Assembly (NCBI GenBank): GCA_003223875.1
Contig: QHWY01000105.1
Span: forward strand, 9,441 to 73,440
Source of the DNA: Acidobacteriota bacterium
GTDB lineage: Bacteria > Acidobacteriota > Terriglobia > 20CM-2-55-15
DNA: 64,000 bases
Direction: 5' to 3'
Shown here: positions 26,909 through 35,579 of the stretch, in pieces
How positions within the stretch are numbered: the stretch's first letter is position 1
Layout: each line of letters begins with the position of its first letter
The notes under the pieces: model-generated
The model's database searches: none
What the model saw: only the letters and a program-made list of their open reading frames with translations
Told to the model about the DNA's origin: nothing
Made by a program: the position numbers and the translations under genes

Positions 26909-27655
26909 CTATAGGCGGTTGATCAAACTGGCGACAACAGCTGCTCCATAACCGTTGTCAATATTGACGACCGTAACGTTTGAAGCGCAGCTATTCAGCA
27001 TACCCAGCAATGCGGCCACGCCATTAAAGCTGGCACCATAGCCAACGCTGGTAGGAACTGCAATAACAGGCACAGACACGAGTCCTCCCACGACACTGGG
27101 TAATGCTCCCTCCATACCTGCAACGACGATGATGACACGCGACCTCACAAGACGCTCGCGCCGGTCGAGCAACCGATGGAGGCCCGCGACGCCGACATCG
27201 TACAGTGAGTCGACTTCGTTACCCATCACTTTCAATGTGACGGCCGCTTCCTCGGCAACGGGCATGTCGGACGTACCGGCCGAAACAACCATGACTGTGC
27301 CTTTGCCCAAAACTTCGTTGGTCTTTTTGATGACGATCGCCCGCGCACTGTCAAAAAACTCGGCTTCCGGCACGATTTGCTTCACGCGTTCAAAATGAGC
27401 CGGAGTCGTTCGAGTAACCAGAATGTTGTGATTATTCTTGTACATGGACTCGACAATTTTTCCGACTTGATCGACAGTCTTGCCCATGCCGAATACCACT
27501 TCCGGAAAACCTTGGCGAATCGTGCGATGATGATCGACGTTCGCGAATCCCAAATCCTCGAAAGGAAGGGCCCTCAAACGGTTCAAAACGTCGGCGCTGG
27601 AGATTATTCCTGCCTTGTATTGTTCTAGGATGGTGCGAATCTCTTGTTCGGTCAT
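26909..27655 (-). CDS. larB: Nickel-pincer cofactor biosynthesis protein LarB (PurE-like)
   Basis: [60 protein letters not shown]. Confidence 0.9.
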   Translation of the reverse strand: MTEQEIRTILEQYKAGIISSADVLNRLRALPFEDLGFANVDHHRTIRQGFPEVVFGMGKTVDQVGKIVESMYKNNHNILVTRTTPAHFERVKQIVPEAEFFDSARAIVIKKTNEVLGKGTVMVVSAGTSDMPVAEEAAVTLKVMGNEVDSLYDVGVAGLHRLLDRRERLVRSRVIIVVAGMEGALPSVVGGLVSVPVIAVPTSVGYGASFNGVAALLGMLNSCASNVTVVNIDNGYGAAVVASLINRL

Positions 27656-27675
27656 CACTTGAATAGAATTTAAAA

Positions 27676-27761
27676 AATTGAACAATGACAATTGAACAGT
27701 GAACAATGAACATTTCTGAAAAAATTGCCAATGTTCAAGGTTCAATTGTCATTGTTCAATT
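27676..27761. repeat. Heptamer-based AT-rich palindrome
   Basis: aattgaacaatgacaattgaac...gttcaattgtcattgttcaatt. Confidence 0.8.
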
Positions 27762-29220
27762 ACAGGAGATGAAGCTCCCTATAACATTCTAACGGACGCA
27801 GCGGTGTATTGAGAGGATCATGAAAGATGGCGTGAATATCTTTCCGGGAAATGCGTGATTGCATGTATGCAATATAAAGCCGTCGTCCTAGAGCGTAGCC
27901 GAGCAACTGGGCAAGCATTCGCTTGGTTTTCTGCTTACCGGCTCTGGCTTCAATGGCGGAACGCAGCGCCGCAAAATGCTGAGCGCCCGGCCGTTTTCCC
28001 GGGTCAATTAGAAGTTCGATTGCGCGCGTGAGTTGCTCGTTTCGGCCAATCTGGCTGAGCACGCGCCCCGCAAGAGATTCGATGCCGTCTCTGGACGAGT
28101 CCAGGACCTTCGAGCAAAAGTATCCTAAGCCGTGTTCGATCACATTCACAAAAAATTGATCGCGAGCCGCTCGTTCAATGGGCTTGTCGAGTTCGCCGCG
28201 GCACGCCTGATGGATGAATCGTGCGAATTCCTCGGCTGCATTGCCGATTTCGAATTGACCGGCCCAAAGCGAATCGAACTCGGGCAAGGACATCAGTCTC
28301 TCGGCCTGTTTGTCCATCGCCAGGAAATTGATCATCGTTTCCATGAGTGTCTGCGCGAGAAGCGTCCAATCACCGCACGAATCTTCCTCGATGCATTTGT
28401 GAAGGTACTGCCGGAACGATTCGTATTTCTCGATCGGCGTCGCATTGAAGACGCAGTAGCAACCCTCGCGCACGCGCACCGCGCGGGCCTGATCGAAACC
28501 GGTCTCCTGGAGTTTCCAATACAGTGCATCGATATTCTGAAGGACGAGCAATTGTCTCGATTCGATTCCTTTCCTTTCGAGGATCGCGCGGACGCGCTGC
28601 GGCAAATGATTGTTGGCCAGATGCGATTCCCCAAAGACGACAACCAGGGTTCGTTGCGGATCGTTTGCTAGAAGCCGGGCTACCCGGCGAGCAACACCAA
28701 GGTCGCGGCGGCTGATGCTGCGCATGTCATTTCGGGGATGACAGTCCGCTCCGTATATCGGGATATCTAGTTCGCGGGCAGCGGCGAAAATGGTTTTGTA
28801 CCCTTCCCAATCGCAGCCCCATTCCTCGCGGTAGTGGATTCGCTCTAGGAAGTCTTGTTCCGAAATTTTGCCCGCCATCCAACAGTCGAGGATCTCTTGG
28901 TTTCGAGCAAAGACAGGCTCAACAGCAACGGCAATATCCCTTTTATGCGCTTTCAGCTCTCTTAGGAATTCGGATGCATAGGTTTGGCTTTGGATAAGCG
29001 CGTGATAATCCCCGATCCAGATTAAGTTCGCCTGCCGGGCTTGCTCTAAGATCTCGGCGGGATCGTTGACAGATTCGAAGTTCTGGAATTCGCGATTAAA
29101 CTCCTGGGTGTATTTGCGGCTAAGTGACGCACCCATCTCGCCAATATCGTTTTGAATGCGGCGGACGGCTTCTCTTTTGAGAGCCGTTACTTCCTTAAGC
29201 CGCTGTCTGGAATACGTCAT
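27760..29220 (-). CDS. ChaN-like (haem-uptake/TIKI fold) domain protein with C-terminal extension
   Basis: LIWIGDYH, AVE, Q..LD.W..G.ISE, W...W..Y, RD, VVFGESHL pattern; no signal peptide. Confidence 0.65.
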   Translation of the reverse strand: MTYSRQRLKEVTALKREAVRRIQNDIGEMGASLSRKYTQEFNREFQNFESVNDPAEILEQARQANLIWIGDYHALIQSQTYASEFLRELKAHKRDIAVAVEPVFARNQEILDCWMAGKISEQDFLERIHYREEWGCDWEGYKTIFAAARELDIPIYGADCHPRNDMRSISRRDLGVARRVARLLANDPQRTLVVVFGESHLANNHLPQRVRAILERKGIESRQLLVLQNIDALYWKLQETGFDQARAVRVREGCYCVFNATPIEKYESFRQYLHKCIEEDSCGDWTLLAQTLMETMINFLAMDKQAERLMSLPEFDSLWAGQFEIGNAAEEFARFIHQACRGELDKPIERAARDQFFVNVIEHGLGYFCSKVLDSSRDGIESLAGRVLSQIGRNEQLTRAIELLIDPGKRPGAQHFAALRSAIEARAGKQKTKRMLAQLLGYALGRRLYIAYMQSRISRKDIHAIFHDPLNTPLRPLECYRELHLL

Positions 29221-29234
29221 AGTAAGTTAGACTA

Positions 29235-30119
29235 ATGACAGTCCCTATCGGGAGCCAACTGTTGATTCTGCGAAAGTTACAGATAACCCTCGACATGATT
29301 ACGTTCGAGCACACCATATTCGCCCTTCCCTTTGCATTTATAGGGGCATTGTTGGCGCGAAAGGGGTTGCCGACCGGCTGGCAATTGACCTGGATCATTG
29401 GTGCCATGGTCGGAGCACGAAGTGCCGCAATGACTTTCAACCGGATTGCGGATCTCCGTTATGACAAATCGAATCCACGCACCAGCGAACGCGCTTTGCC
29501 GCGTGGCGCGTTGTCGATGGAGTTCGCTGTCGTTTTTACGATTGCCATGTCCCTCTTGTTCGTTTTTTCGGCGTGGCAACTGAATTCATTGTGCTTTTAT
29601 CTATCGTTTCCGACGCTGGCAATCCTGCTTCTATATTCGTACACTAAGAGATTCACATCGCTGAGCCACGTCGTGTTGGGTTTCGCCGTCGGCTGTGCCC
29701 CTCTCGCCGCATGGTTGGCGGTAGGTGGCGAGTTTGCATGGCCTCCGGTTCTTCTGAGTGGCGCTGTCATGTTCTGGGTCGCTGGGTTCGACTTGATCTA
29801 CGCGCTGCAAGATGTCGAATTTGATCGAAAGGCGAAGCTGTTTTCCCTGCCTTCGAGGTTCGGTATCGCGCCGGCGCTGCGCATATCGAGCGTTTTTCAT
29901 GCAGCAACGATCATTCTGTTGGCGGCAACTGCGGTGATTACGAATCTTGGTTGGGTTGCCTACGCAGGCATCGCGATTGTGGCGAGTATCTTGTATTGGG
30001 AGCATCGGCTTGTGACGCCGAATGACCTAAGCCGGATCAACGTTGCGTTTTTTAATCTGAACGGCTACGTCAGCATTCTCTTACTTCTCACGTTTGCAGG
30101 GGATATCCTAATAAGGTGA
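29235..30119 (+). CDS. UbiA-family polyprenyltransferase (MqnP-like)
   Basis: FEHTIFALPFA, ARSAAMTFNRIAD..YD..NPRT..R, YSYTKRF, FDLIYALQD..FD. Confidence 0.9.
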   Translation: MTVPIGSQLLILRKLQITLDMITFEHTIFALPFAFIGALLARKGLPTGWQLTWIIGAMVGARSAAMTFNRIADLRYDKSNPRTSERALPRGALSMEFAVVFTIAMSLLFVFSAWQLNSLCFYLSFPTLAILLLYSYTKRFTSLSHVVLGFAVGCAPLAAWLAVGGEFAWPPVLLSGAVMFWVAGFDLIYALQDVEFDRKAKLFSLPSRFGIAPALRISSVFHAATIILLAATAVITNLGWVAYAGIAIVASILYWEHRLVTPNDLSRINVAFFNLNGYVSILLLLTFAGDILIR

Positions 30120-31690
30120 GTAATTTCTATTTAGCGATGGCCCTCATTCTTCCGCCCGAGCGTAAACATTTCTACCAGTTTCCTGCGATCGATCACTGGA
30201 ACAGCCTTTACAAGCTAACCGCTTTTGATATTTTCATCCTGATCCCATATCTCACGATCCTGACCATTCTCGCCATTTATGGTATTCACCGATATCATCT
30301 GGTGTTTCTTTACTTGAAACACAAGGATAAGACTGCGCACCCCCATGCAAAGCTGGAAATAAAACCGCGAGTCACGATACAGCTTCCGATTTACAACGAA
30401 ATGTACGTTGTGGAACGGCTTGTCGAGGCAGCTTGCAATGTGGGTTATCCGCGCGAGCTTCTGGAGATCCAGGTTTTGGACGACTCTACCGATCGCACCG
30501 TCGAAATTGCTGCTGCCTGCGTGGAGAAATATCGCGAGAGTGGGTTCAATATTCAGTACGTTCACCGGGCCAATCGCAAAGGTTTCAAAGCCGGCGCTCT
30601 CGAAAATGGTTTGAACCTAGCGACAGGTGAATTGGTCGCCATCTTCGATGCGGATTTCATTCCTGCGCCGAACTTCCTGGAAGACGTTGTCGATTATTTC
30701 AGCGATCCGCAGGTCGGAATGGTTCAGGTGCGTTGGGGCCATATCAATCGCGAATATTCTTTGCTGACGCAAGTGGAGTCTGTAATTCTCGATGGCCACT
30801 TCATCATCGAACACGGCGGACGGCATTTCTCCGGGCGGTTCTTCAATTTCAACGGCACGGCAGGCATTTGGCGGCGCACCGCAATTGAAAGCGCTGGAGG
30901 ATGGCAACACGATACGCTGACTGAAGACACCGATCTCAGCTATCGCGCCCAAATGGCCGGATGGCAGTTCCTTTACCTGCCTCACATCGTTTGTCCAGCC
31001 GAGCTTCCGGTTGAGATGAATTCGTTCAAGAGCCAGCAGGCTCGATGGGCGAAAGGACTGATTCAGACCGCCATCAAATTGCTTCCGCGAATTCTCCGAA
31101 GCGAGCTGCCGTGGAAAATCAAGATCGAGGCCTTCTTCCATCTCACGGCCAACATTGCGTACCCCCTGATGATTGCGCTCTCTTTTTTGCTACTGCCCGC
31201 GATGATCGTGAGGTTCAATCAGGGTTGGTTCCAGATGCTTTATATCGATCTACCTCTATGGCTGGCTTCGACGGCTTCGGTTTCGACCTTTTATTTGATT
31301 TCGCAAAAGGAACTCTATCCGGATTGGAGAGTCCGTCTGCGCTACCTGCCGTTCCTGATGACGGTCGGAATTGGACTGTCGGTCAGTAACTCGAAGGCCG
31401 TAATGGAAGCGCTCTTAGGCATCAAGAGCAGTTTCAAGCGCACACCCAAATACCGAATCGAGAGTAGGAAAGACCGGTGGGCCACGAAGAAATATCTCCG
31501 GCGAACCGGTGTCATGCCTCTATTCGAATTGAGTCTCGGCGCGTATTTCGCGCTCGTGGTTTTCTACGCGTTCGTGAATCAGAACTATCCCACCATCCCC
31601 TTCTTGATGTTGTTTGTTGTCGGTTTTACCTACATGGGGCTCATGTCAATCGTGCACATGACGCTGCACCGATGGTTAAAAAACATATAG
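30116..31690 (+). CDS. GT2 membrane glycosyltransferase (cellulose-synthase-like)
   Basis: QLPIYNE, LDDSTD, GFKAGAL, FDADF, TEDTD, QQARW (QxxRW); C-terminal TM helices. Confidence 0.9.
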   Translation: MSNFYLAMALILPPERKHFYQFPAIDHWNSLYKLTAFDIFILIPYLTILTILAIYGIHRYHLVFLYLKHKDKTAHPHAKLEIKPRVTIQLPIYNEMYVVERLVEAACNVGYPRELLEIQVLDDSTDRTVEIAAACVEKYRESGFNIQYVHRANRKGFKAGALENGLNLATGELVAIFDADFIPAPNFLEDVVDYFSDPQVGMVQVRWGHINREYSLLTQVESVILDGHFIIEHGGRHFSGRFFNFNGTAGIWRRTAIESAGGWQHDTLTEDTDLSYRAQMAGWQFLYLPHIVCPAELPVEMNSFKSQQARWAKGLIQTAIKLLPRILRSELPWKIKIEAFFHLTANIAYPLMIALSFLLLPAMIVRFNQGWFQMLYIDLPLWLASTASVSTFYLISQKELYPDWRVRLRYLPFLMTVGIGLSVSNSKAVMEALLGIKSSFKRTPKYRIESRKDRWATKKYLRRTGVMPLFELSLGAYFALVVFYAFVNQNYPTIPFLMLFVVGFTYMGLMSIVHMTLHRWLKNI

Positions 31691-32838
31691 CCGCGGTTTG
31701 CTTATTTCTCGCCCTCACGCCACTCCTTGCAACTGAAAAGGAACCGCTGGGAGAATACAAATCCCGCCGGGAGCGGCTGGCGGCGCGGATCAAGGGCAAT
31801 GCGCTCGTCCTTCGCGCGGCTCCGGAACAAGAGCTGGTGAAGTACCAACAAGAACGAAATTTTTACTATCTCACCGGATTCGATCAGCCCGGAGCGATTT
31901 TGCTGCTGGATGCGAGCTCGGATCCGCCGCAGGAATTTTTCTTTTTGCCCGAACGGAACTCCGCCGCGGAACGTTGGACGGGACCCAAACTTGGTCCCGG
32001 TGCAGACGTGGAAAAGATAACCGGCTTTGCGAGAGTTCTCTCGACATCCGATTTTGACACGACGCTCAAGCGAGCTTCAGAAGGAGCGAAAGCCGTATAT
32101 GGTTTGAAGGACGTTGAGAGCGATATCGCTTATCTGCGGCAAACCAAATCGCCCACAGAAATCGCCCTGTTGGAAAAAGCCGTTCAGATAACATTGAAGG
32201 CACATCAAGCTGCGGCCCGTACAATTGCCCCGGGCGCGATGGAATACGAGGTCCAGGCCGCGCTGGAATACGAATTCACGCGCAATGGTGCGGAGCGACC
32301 CGGTTATCCCTCCATCGTGGGCTCCGGACTGTTTTCGACAATCCTTCACTACAACGTCAACACGCGACGCATGCAAGCAGGCGACGTGGTTGTGGTTGAT
32401 GTCGGTGCCGAATATAGCGGGTACAGTGCGGATGTGACGCGTACGTACCCGGTCTCCGGAAAGTACTCCCCACGCCAACGCGAGATCTACCAAATCGTGC
32501 TCGATGCCCAAAAGGCGGCAATCGCAAAAGTCAAACCCGGCGCGCGGATCAGCGACCTGCACAATGCCGCCATGTCGCACATTCGATCAAAGGGCTACGA
32601 AAAGTATTTCATTCACGGAACCAGTCACCACATTGGACTCGAAGTCCACGACGTTGGCGATACATCTCGTCCTTTCGAACCGAACATGGTGATCACCGTC
32701 GAGCCCGGCATTTATATCCCCGAAGAACAACTCGGCATCCGAATCGAAGACGACGTGGTCGTCACAACGAACGGTCATCGAGTTCTCTCTGACTTTCCGA
32801 AGGAAATATCTGAAATCGAGAGCCTGTTTAAGAGATAG
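31672..32838 (+). CDS. Secreted Xaa-Pro aminopeptidase (M24B)
   Basis: Signal peptide; ILHY, DVGAE, ADVTRT, HGTSHHIGLEVHD, TVEPGIY, RIEDD. Confidence 0.9.
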   Translation: MVKKHIAAVCLFLALTPLLATEKEPLGEYKSRRERLAARIKGNALVLRAAPEQELVKYQQERNFYYLTGFDQPGAILLLDASSDPPQEFFFLPERNSAAERWTGPKLGPGADVEKITGFARVLSTSDFDTTLKRASEGAKAVYGLKDVESDIAYLRQTKSPTEIALLEKAVQITLKAHQAAARTIAPGAMEYEVQAALEYEFTRNGAERPGYPSIVGSGLFSTILHYNVNTRRMQAGDVVVVDVGAEYSGYSADVTRTYPVSGKYSPRQREIYQIVLDAQKAAIAKVKPGARISDLHNAAMSHIRSKGYEKYFIHGTSHHIGLEVHDVGDTSRPFEPNMVITVEPGIYIPEEQLGIRIEDDVVVTTNGHRVLSDFPKEISEIESLFKR

Positions 32839-32841
32839 GGC

Positions 32842-33702
32842 TTAGTTCCGAGGATTGACCGTGACGTCGACGTCGAAGGGACCAGCCAACTGGCCGTCAC
32901 TGGCAAGAGCTCGAAGACGGTAATTGCCCGGCGCGCCGAACGTTACTTTGGTTTGCATGGTCACGGGTTTTCCGTAACTGCGCTCGCTCATGATATCAGG
33001 CTCAAAGCGAACTCTGCCTGAACCGCGGTAAACGATCCATCGGATGCGCACACCTTGTTGGCGGCCCGGGGCGGTGATCGGCTTCGGCCGGCCGTCATCG
33101 GTGGCGGTGACGGTCAATGTCAGGGGATCACCCAGCTTGATTGTCTGGGCTGGGCTTCCTGTCATCGTGGGAGCCACGTTGTCGAAGTCAACGTCACCAA
33201 GTCCGGTGGTCATCAACATCGCATCGCGCGGAGAATTTTTGGAAATGATTCCTTGATCGACTTCCCATTCCGGCTCGAGCCAGGCTTTGGCTTGATTCGT
33301 ATGGCCACGGTTCGTCAGCGTCCAGACGAGCCTTTTATCTTTCGGCCAATCTTTGGGTACGACGACACCCAACACCCACCATCGCGGCGACGGGTAAAAA
33401 TGTGTAGGCTGGCCCTGATCGATGTTATCCGTATCGAACTTGTTATCCGGACCAATCGGGATGTCGACCTCTTCTTCCGAATTCCTGTTGTAATACCCGA
33501 AGTAAAACGTGTAGGTCCCATCCGGATTCATTTTCCAGCCGTCGAATGTCGGACTCACATCCTGCCCACGCGCGTATTTGATCTGATATTGTCCAAACAG
33601 GCTGGAGACCAAGAGGATAAAAAAACAGAACGACACGATCCCGATAAGGACACTTCTTTTGGTGTAGCGGCGGTCGTAGAAGCTGTGAACGAATTGACCC
33701 AT
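32842..33702 (-). CDS. Secreted uncharacterised protein with Ig/PKD-like C-terminus (paralog of 14078-14944)
   Basis: Hydrophobic N-terminus; FDGW..NPDG, FGYYNRN, GQPTHFYP, VWTL, TDDG, YRGSG.VRF. Confidence 0.8.
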   Translation of the reverse strand: MGQFVHSFYDRRYTKRSVLIGIVSFCFFILLVSSLFGQYQIKYARGQDVSPTFDGWKMNPDGTYTFYFGYYNRNSEEEVDIPIGPDNKFDTDNIDQGQPTHFYPSPRWWVLGVVVPKDWPKDKRLVWTLTNRGHTNQAKAWLEPEWEVDQGIISKNSPRDAMLMTTGLGDVDFDNVAPTMTGSPAQTIKLGDPLTLTVTATDDGRPKPITAPGRQQGVRIRWIVYRGSGRVRFEPDIMSERSYGKPVTMQTKVTFGAPGNYRLRALASDGQLAGPFDVDVTVNPRN

Positions 33703-33710
33703 CTGCCAAT

Positions 33711-33900
33711 CTAGCCGCGGAAGCGGCGTCAGCACATTAGCCCCGAGCGTAAACCCTGGGTCAGAGTTGATCGCAGCCAAAAGCCCAGACAGGGCGACAT
33801 ATTCTGCCGCCCCTTCTGGGGACTATTCGATCCACTGTACGTCTTCCCAGGGCTGACGCCCTGGGGTAGTTTCTGTCGCCGCTTCGCGGCGAAACAATTC
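33711..33900. repeat. Composite REP-like element (CCCAGGG..CCCTGGG family); empty-site homolog of 56711-57015
   Basis: gaagcggcg...cgccgcttc outer IR; shares agggcgacatattctgccgccccttc with the 56.8-kb copy. Confidence 0.8.
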
Positions 33901-33912
33901 ATTCACCCCTGT

Positions 33913-35235
33913 TCATTCCCGCGAACTGGTCAGGATCCGCTGTGCTGCTTTTCTCTCTTCAACCTCTTTTTTGTAATCCGGTTCGGGCATGTAGTACCAA
34001 CTGATCCAGGCGGAACCCATTTCGTCCACCGTTCGTTGTCCCCATGTGATCTGCGCATCAGGATCCGGGTTGAACTTGTTCGCGGCTGTGTTGTCATGCC
34101 ACGAGATCGAATGCAGAACAGTCCCTTGCGGCAGCAGAGGCGCGGCGTCATCGCGGTAGACGTAGTTGATATGCCAATTGAAGTAGAACTTCGCGCAGGA
34201 CAGCATTTCTACTTTGCCGTTCGGATAGATTGCTTCCAGGCACTCTGCTTTTCCGCGGTTGTGCATATGAGGTTGGAACGATAGGAGCCGCGCGGGTTTC
34301 ACGAGTGTGAGATAGCCGTCGGAGCGCACGTTGTCCGTATTGGGGCGAAGGTCGATCTCTGCCACGCTCACGGTTGTGGAGGAGATCACGTGTTTCGGGA
34401 CATAACCCTTCGGATAAAACTTCAGACCGAGAGCAACATTGGTTGGTGTCTCCGTACCGACCGCATGGAGGTGCAATTGGAAGTTAATTTTCGTTCCTGC
34501 CTTGATCAACCGGCCCGATCCTTCTGGAAAGATGTCGCCTTTCTTGCCAATCGCGTACTCGTTGAGGAAGATTCCCTGCTCGCCCACCTCAAGGGTTCCA
34601 TCGGTATCGTCGAGTTTGCCGCTGTTGCGGGTCTCAGATGCGGGCTCAACAACTGAGGTTCTGATATGGTGGATCACCGGGAATCCCTTGACGGGAATGA
34701 TCTGGACACCTTTTATGTAGCGGTCTTCTGTCAAACCGGGGTCGACCAGGATATCTGGCCATTGATCGGGCGCCTTCGCCTTTACAATGACGTCCTTCGG
34801 AAGCGTGATGACGCGATCCGGTTCTCCGATCTGCCACGTTTCGTTGTCATTGAACTTAGGCGCCGGGGGCATATCACCCGGATTGCCTCGAACTGCTCCG
34901 CCGTCGACCCACTTCACGATCGTCGCGATTTGATCATCAGTTAAAGAAATGTCGTTGCTGAAGTACTGCACGCCAACGTTCTTGTCGAGGTGCCAGGGCG
35001 GCATCTCTCGCATGAGAACTTTTTCCTTGATCGATCTGGCCCATGGCCTGGCTTCCTCATATGTCATCAATGACATCGGTGCAAACGTGCCGGGGTGGTG
35101 GCATATCTGACAGCGCGCCTGAAAGATCGGCGCCACGTCCTTTGTAAAGGTAACCTGGCTCTGCGCCGATTGCGCGCTCGCAGACACCGCGATCAACAAC
35201 GTCACAAGCAGAACGGATATAGAAATCGTTCTCAT
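33913..35235 (-). CDS. Secreted c-type cytochrome fused to a copper type II (PHM/DBH-like) monooxygenase domain (paralog of 12711-14075)
   Basis: Signal peptide; CQICH and MPPW; IHH, HLH, PHMH, DEM; GGAGGT SD. Confidence 0.8.
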   Translation of the reverse strand: MRTISISVLLVTLLIAVSASAQSAQSQVTFTKDVAPIFQARCQICHHPGTFAPMSLMTYEEARPWARSIKEKVLMREMPPWHLDKNVGVQYFSNDISLTDDQIATIVKWVDGGAVRGNPGDMPPAPKFNDNETWQIGEPDRVITLPKDVIVKAKAPDQWPDILVDPGLTEDRYIKGVQIIPVKGFPVIHHIRTSVVEPASETRNSGKLDDTDGTLEVGEQGIFLNEYAIGKKGDIFPEGSGRLIKAGTKINFQLHLHAVGTETPTNVALGLKFYPKGYVPKHVISSTTVSVAEIDLRPNTDNVRSDGYLTLVKPARLLSFQPHMHNRGKAECLEAIYPNGKVEMLSCAKFYFNWHINYVYRDDAAPLLPQGTVLHSISWHDNTAANKFNPDPDAQITWGQRTVDEMGSAWISWYYMPEPDYKKEVEERKAAQRILTSSRE

Positions 35236-35340
35236 GCCTACCTCCGAGAGAGGTCCTTGGGTATTTTGTCAGTCTTCCTCCTGTTCTTATATCCAACGTT
35301 CCTGTTATATGCAAATTGTTTCGGAACCGGCAAAAAGGAA

Positions 35341-35525
35341 TAGCCACAAAGAGGGCTTTGCACAAAAAATCCTGGGCGGTAATAGACCGCCCCTACAGCT
35401 TGGGGTGCGCAACTGTAGGGGCGCTCTATGAGCGCCCGCGATGTATTTTTTGTGCAAAGCCCACAAAGAGGCACAAAAATCACAAGGTATTCCCATTCTT
35501 GTGTTTTTTGTGCCTTTTTGTGGCC
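35341..35525. repeat. GCCACAAA-family palindrome interrupted by a MITE
   Basis: gccacaaagag[insert]gcacaaaaatcacaag...cttgtgttttttgtgcctttttgtggc. Confidence 0.75.
35354..35461. mobile_element. 108-bp MITE, copy 1
   Basis: 16-bp TIR ggctttgcacaaaaaa; 9-bp target duplication cacaaagag (35345-35353 / 35462-35470); second copy at 56815. Confidence 0.9.
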
Positions 35526-35579
35526 AATAATTCTTTCGTTGATGTAAATTGCTTTTCACCACTTCTCGAGGACAGAAAC

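Noticed and set aside
35057-35579. Small ORFs and the 88-aa N-terminal extension of the flavoprotein
   Set aside because: Derived from the MITE and REP; the Tat leader defines the start at 35580
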